Source: an uncultured Chroococcidiopsis sp.
Lineage (GTDB): Bacteria; Cyanobacteriota; Cyanobacteriia; Cyanobacteriales; Chroococcidiopsidaceae
NCBI GenBank assembly: GCA_964248365.1
Contig: CAXTYC010000006.1
Location: forward strand, 96,001-160,000
Direction of reading: 5' to 3'
DNA: 64,000 bases
Part shown: positions 61,646 to 64,000 of the stretch, one piece after another
Numbering within the stretch: the first letter of the stretch is position 1
How the letters are laid out: every line of letters begins with the position of its first letter
The notes under the pieces: generated by a model
Told to the model about the DNA's origin: nothing
Seen by the model: only the letters and a program-made list of their open reading frames with translations
Database searches by the model: none
Program-made: the position numbers and the translations under genes

Positions 61646-62551
61646 CTAGCCACTAGTTCCACTAGTCACTAGTTCCACTAGATAGCGTTGCATTAAACCA
61701 ATTACCATTTCTGGGGTTTCGAGATGAGGGAGGACACCAGCACCTGCGATCGCATCAATTGCCCCGATTGCTTGTGGATTTAACTGGGCTAGCCGCCGCC
61801 CTAAATTTACGCTGGTAAACTGTGCTTGTTCTCCCCACAGCATGACTGTAGGTATGGTCAGTTGCGGTAGATATAAAGCTAGGTCAAAGTAAAGATCGCC
61901 GCGTAAAAAGGCAAGGGCGGCATATTCTGCATTGGGCTGTTGTGCGGAAGCTAGATAAGCCTGTACCATTTCTTCTGAGACACGTTCTGGTTTAGCAAAC
62001 AGAAATCGCATGAGAAAATTGCGTACAGCAAGTTCATTTTCAGCCCCTAAAGCGTAAATTAAGCGATCTAATAGCGGCGTTGAAATTACCTGTAGCGGTA
62101 GTCTACGCCCCGCACCTTGCCCAAAATCATCAAACCCAGATGGACAAACCAAAAACAGTGCTTGGAATAAATTTGGTTGTAGAATCGCAAGGCGAACGGT
62201 TAAAGCTGCTGTGAGAGAAGAAGCTACTACAATTGCTTTCGTCTGACAAGTTTGTTGAATAAACTCTGCTATTGTTTTGATATAGTCAGCAATTTGGTAA
62301 TCGCGCACCGGATGATCAGATTCTCCCCAACCGATTAAGTCAGGGGCTAACACTCGATAATTACTGGCAAAAGCGGGGTAAACTTTAGACCATTCGTAAG
62401 CCGAAGCACCACCGCCAAAGTTGTGCAGGAAGATTAGGGGTGATTCATGTACCCCTAACGGGGGTGCAGCTACTGGGGTATAGTAGACCATTGAACCCAA
62501 TGAGGTGGCGATCGCACCTTTGACAAAACCAGGCGGTTGAAATTGAAGCAT
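61646..62551 (-). CDS. Alpha/beta fold hydrolase
   Basis: FLHNFGGG, APDLIGWGES, ASSLT nucleophile elbow, LPHLE. Confidence 0.85.
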   Translation of the reverse strand: MLQFQPPGFVKGAIATSLGSMVYYTPVAAPPLGVHESPLIFLHNFGGGASAYEWSKVYPAFASNYRVLAPDLIGWGESDHPVRDYQIADYIKTIAEFIQQTCQTKAIVVASSLTAALTVRLAILQPNLFQALFLVCPSGFDDFGQGAGRRLPLQVISTPLLDRLIYALGAENELAVRNFLMRFLFAKPERVSEEMVQAYLASAQQPNAEYAALAFLRGDLYFDLALYLPQLTIPTVMLWGEQAQFTSVNLGRRLAQLNPQAIGAIDAIAGAGVLPHLETPEMVIGLMQRYLVELVTSGTSG

Positions 62552-62710
62552 CTTATAGCATTTTAGATTTTGGATTTTGGATTTTTGATTGTGAAACTCT
62601 TGTCGGTAAATAATCTGTTGCCACTATAAATCCCTACGGTATTATGGGTAACAAACTAGCCAAAAGCTAGGTATAAAGAGAGTTAAGGCGTTGACAGTAA
62701 ATTTTAGCTT

Positions 62711-64000
62711 CTATCTTTCAATTTCTGCGATCGCTTTACCAACTCCCTCTGTTAACACCTCATGTCCTGTATCTGTAACCAAAACATCATCCTCAATCCT
62801 AATCCCTATACCACTCCAACGCGGGTCGATTTCCGGCTGGTTTTCTGCTGGTTTGGTATCTGGCACAATATATAAACCTGGTTCTACTGTCAGAACTTGT
62901 CCTGGCTGCAAGATTTGCGGTGATTCCCCGTGCTGATAAACTCCTACATCGTGGACATCTAACCCCAGCCAATGTCCAGTACGATGCATATAGAAAGGTT
63001 TGTATTTTTCCTCTTTGATTAAATCGTCGATTTGACCTTTGAGCAAACCGAGTTCGACTAAACCTTCTGTTAAGACACGCACTGCTGTATCATGAACAAT
63101 ATTGTAGGGATTGCCTGGTTTTACAGCGGCGATCGCCTGTAATTGCGCCTCTAACACAATCTCATACAATGCTTTCTGTTCTGGTGTAAACTTGCCTCCA
63201 ACTGGGAATGTGCGGGTAATATCCGAGTTGTAATAACCATAAGCACAACCAGCATCAATTAACAGCAGTTCGTTATCCTGCATCTGCCGATTATTTTCTA
63301 TGTAGTGCAAAACGCAAGCATTTGCGCCAGATGCGACAATTGAGGGGTAGGCAGGTCCCATTCCACCCCGCAAACGAAATATCCTCTCCATCTCTGCTTG
63401 GATTTCATACTCATACCGCCCTGGCTGTGCGATTTCTTGGGCATAGTTATGCGCCTCAACTGCTATATCAGCAGCAGTACGCATTAACTCTAATTCTGCT
63501 TGACTCTTTACCAATCTCATGCTATGCAAGATTGGTCCAGTATCCTCGATCGCAATTGGTCCAGTTCCACGCTTGGCATATGTAGCCATCAAGCGCTGCC
63601 AGTATTTGAGAAGTTTATCATTAAAAGCGCGATCGCGTCCTAGATGATAGTAAATGCGATCGGCTTTTTCTATATAACCTGGCAGCTTTTCATCCAATTC
63701 GGCAATTGAGTAAGCCTCATCTGCACCAAAGATTTCTTTTGCTCCTTCCACTCCATAGCGGTAGCCTGTCCAAACTTCCTTCTCTGGTTCCTTGGGTTGG
63801 ACAAACAGCACAAACTTATGTTCTGGGTGGTGAGGCGCTAAAACCGCCACTGCTTCTGGTTCATTAAACCCAGTTAGGTAGAAGAAATCGCTATCTTGTC
63901 GAAAGGTATATTCGACATCATTATGCATAACTGCCATTGGCGCACTGCGAAAAATTGCAGTACCATTGCCAATTTTTGCCATCAATTGCTCACGACGCTG
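62711..64000 (-). CDS. pepP: Xaa-Pro aminopeptidase (5' end outside window)
   Basis: FRQDSDFFYLTG, LIDAG, SDITRTFP, HWLGLDVHD, TVEPGLY, GIRIEDD. Confidence 0.93.
   Translation of the reverse strand, partial: QRREQLMAKIGNGTAIFRSAPMAVMHNDVEYTFRQDSDFFYLTGFNEPEAVAVLAPHHPEHKFVLFVQPKEPEKEVWTGYRYGVEGAKEIFGADEAYSIAELDEKLPGYIEKADRIYYHLGRDRAFNDKLLKYWQRLMATYAKRGTGPIAIEDTGPILHSMRLVKSQAELELMRTAADIAVEAHNYAQEIAQPGRYEYEIQAEMERIFRLRGGMGPAYPSIVASGANACVLHYIENNRQMQDNELLLIDAGCAYGYYNSDITRTFPVGGKFTPEQKALYEIVLEAQLQAIAAVKPGNPYNIVHDTAVRVLTEGLVELGLLKGQIDDLIKEEKYKPFYMHRTGHWLGLDVHDVGVYQHGESPQILQPGQVLTVEPGLYIVPDTKPAENQPEIDPRWSGIGIRIEDDVLVTDTGHEVLTEGVGKAIAEIER

Noticed and set aside
842..63585. Numerous 60-140 aa ORFs overlapping larger genes in other frames or antisense
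   Set aside because: Shadow ORFs of well-supported genes with no recognisable motifs
1..64000. tRNA, rRNA, transposase, prophage, toxin-antitoxin or defence genes
   Set aside because: None recognised by eye or in the ORF track; tRNAscan/Infernal would be needed to exclude small RNAs

Overview
Core-genome window of a cyanobacterium, judged from dense HIP1 octamers (GCGATCGC), heptamer STRR repeats and the genes psaD, psbI, psb34, ndhD, pex and ccb1. In order it carries: the 3' part of narB; a urea ABC operon (urtABCDE) behind a canonical NtcA promoter, interrupted twice (a GT-C mannosyltransferase between urtA and urtB; psb34, a small membrane ORF and a hybrid kinase plus REC-PAS-GGDEF-EAL pair between urtD and urtE); trpE; psaD; a DICT/GAF kinase; a sugar cluster (GT4, amylo-alpha-1,6-glucosidase, GH65-beta-PGM fusion); thrS; a truncated MocR/GntR gene; thrB; ndhD; lepB; aat; rpsN; an FMN reductase followed by a degenerate attC-like hairpin; nth; rseP; serS; pex; alpha-mannosidase; LptD-like DUF3769; psbI (absent from the ORF track); a secreted tyrosinase; ccb1; a Hik2-like kinase; and pepP. 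I found no tRNA, rRNA, CRISPR array, transposase or defence system. The most unusual signals are non-coding: composite palindromic STRR elements, GTAG-type REP-like elements (one in frame inside a gene), and regulatory sites. Gene calls come from motif recognition only; no database searches were run.
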